Source of the DNA: Calcarisporiella thermophila CBS 279.70
Lineage: Eukaryota > Fungi > Calcarisporiellomycota
Assembly (NCBI RefSeq): GCF_041956535.1
Contig: NW_027192199.1
Span: 248,001-312,000, forward strand
DNA length: 64,000 nt
Direction of reading: 5' to 3'
The notes beneath the pieces are model-generated. The model searched no databases, had not been told where the DNA came from, and was given only the letters and a program-made list of their open reading frames with translations. Shown here piece by piece: positions 62,234 through 64,000 of the stretch. How positions within the stretch are numbered: the first letter of the stretch is position 1; every line of letters begins with the position of its first letter. The translations under genes were made by a program, and so were the position numbers.

Positions 62234-63813
62234 ATGGGAAGCCAGATTTCCCAGCTGAATAAAAAGGCAAAGTCCAAGTGCAAGTCCGCCTCATCATCGT
62301 CCGGAATCCGAGCGGTCTCCTCCTCCATCATCCCGGGCTCTTCCCGGCGCTCCATCCCCGCCTACCTCCTTCCCACCAAGCACGATGAGAAGTCCATTCT
62401 TGAGCTGCGCAAGCGTGCGGATCACGAGCTGATGAAGAAGAAGCTCCAGAGGCGGGGCCGCGATACCGAGCCGGAGGAGGAGCGGCACAAGGACAGCTCC
62501 GGGCTCAAATTTCGCGAGGGGAGAAGCTACGTAGAGGGGCAGGCCTATCTCTTCCCCATCGACGAGGAAGACGCAATCCGTCTGGTGCACGAATACTACA
62601 CATTTAGGGCAATCCTTGGATGGTGCGGCTCCTCTCTCTTCCCCTTCCCAACTCCCGTTGCCTTGCGCCGATGGCTGCTAACCGCTCTTTCTCTCTCTCC
62701 TCTCCGTAGCAACTTCTTTGCCCCGATAGAAGAACGCCTGCGGAACGGCTGCAAGGTCTTGGACGTTGGGTAGGTATTTGTCATGTTTGCCGCCTCTCGG
62801 CCCCTGTCTCATGCGTATCCCCCTTCTCTCCCATCCAGCTGTGGGCCGGGACTATGGTTGCTGGTGAGTTTCGACCCTCCTCTTGCCTCTGCTTGCCGGA
62901 AGAAAAGATGATGAAAAGGATAACCAACTCTTCGATGTGACTTCCCTTTGCTCGGTTGAACTCTCTTTCTAGGATATGGCCAAGGAATACCCCAGCTCGG
63001 AGTTCGTTGGAATCGACGTGCACTCGCTCATGTTCCCTAAAGAGATCCCCCCAAACTGTCGGTTCGAGGTGGTCGATGTGCTCAAGCCTCTGCCCTATGC
63101 CGACGAGGAGTTCCACTTTGTCCACCAGCGTAATATGATGACGGGTAGATTCCATTGAGGTTGCTGTTGGTTTCGCCTCCGCTAAAATTCTCTCCCTCCC
63201 CCCCTCTCTCCGCTAGCGGTCCCCAAAGAAAACTGGCAAAACGTGGTCAAGGAGCTCGCCCGCGTGACCGAGGTGAGCGGCTGGCTGCAGCTGATTGAAG
63301 GGGACATGGGCATGGAGCCCATAGGCCCGGTCACCGAGCAGCTGCTTTTTAAAGGTGAGAGTGTGCTCCATCCCCCCCCCCCCCCACCTTCCCTGGGTGC
63401 ATACCAGGCCCTGGCTGACCCTCTAAGTCTGCCTTGAATCTAAAGTGTGTCACGCAATCATGGCGCGCGGCCTCGACCCCCACGTCGGCCGCTCCATCGA
63501 CCGCCTACTCTCCAACTGCTCTACCGATGCCCTCGAGTTTTTCTGTCTTTCGGTGCCGGCGTCGGACTGGGGCCGTGAAGTCGGGCAACTTTTAAAACAA
63601 GACGTCCAGATGATCTTGGCGACATGGCGCCCATGGCTTGCTCACGTCATGGGGATGGAGGAGGCGGAATACGATAACATGGCCAGCAAATTCATTCTCG
63701 AGTTGAACGAATATCGAACCACCTTGTCCATCTATGTTGCCTACGCGCGCAAAACCGCCCCAGATTCCACGGCACCTGTCCCGGCGGAAAGCCAGGAGTT
63801 GGCACGGGAATGA
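62234..63813 (+). CDS. Class I SAM-dependent methyltransferase (LaeA-like), paralog 3
   Basis: YLFPIDEEDAIRL, NFFAPI, VLDVG|CGPGLWLL|DMAKEYPSSEFVGIDV, LPYADEEFHFVHQR, GWLQLIE. Starts MGSQIS. Confidence 0.88.
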
Positions 63814-64000
63814 ACATAATTTATTCTGCCTTGACAATGACTACATGTACATCGCTCTGTTTTTTTTTGGTTTATTTTTCCTACTTCCACCTGTATCATA
63901 TTTCCTTTCCTCTATCTCCCTCTGCTTCCTGCCTTTGCTTTGTCCATCCCCTCCCCCCCCCCCCCCCTTATCCCAATCTGCCCAAATGTGGGGTATAGGA

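Overview
Gene-dense, intron-rich eukaryotic DNA from an early-diverging (non-Dikarya) fungus; the lineage is inferred from a class IV chitin synthase, a Fungal_trans factor and LaeA-like methyltransferases together with CFAP20 and a centrin-2-type gene. About 20 spliced protein genes are recognisable: bestrophin, PY-motif membrane protein, beta-adaptin, DAGK-family lipid kinase, transcription factor, chitin synthase, GEP4, three methyltransferases, septin, RPL37, a Nup192 that appears to lack its N-terminus, a Tyr-rich Kex2-type secreted precursor, SAPS, RPO41, centrin, CFAP20, UNC-93-like transporter, hybrid histidine kinase and ALG12. There are also two tRNA-Ala genes. Main discovery: both tRNA-Ala genes carry nested stacks of retroelements on their 5' side. 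Solo LTRs with 4-bp TSDs sit 10-15 bp upstream. Poly(A)-tailed LINE fragments and a B-box SINE-like element with ~15-bp TSDs inserted repeatedly 64-69 bp upstream (measured or reconstructed), always with the 5' end facing the tRNA. This points to a position-specific, Pol III-tethered two-tier retrotransposon system resembling Dictyostelium DGLT-A plus TRE5. Both assembly gaps lie inside the youngest copies. Gene boundaries were read by hand and no database searches were run.
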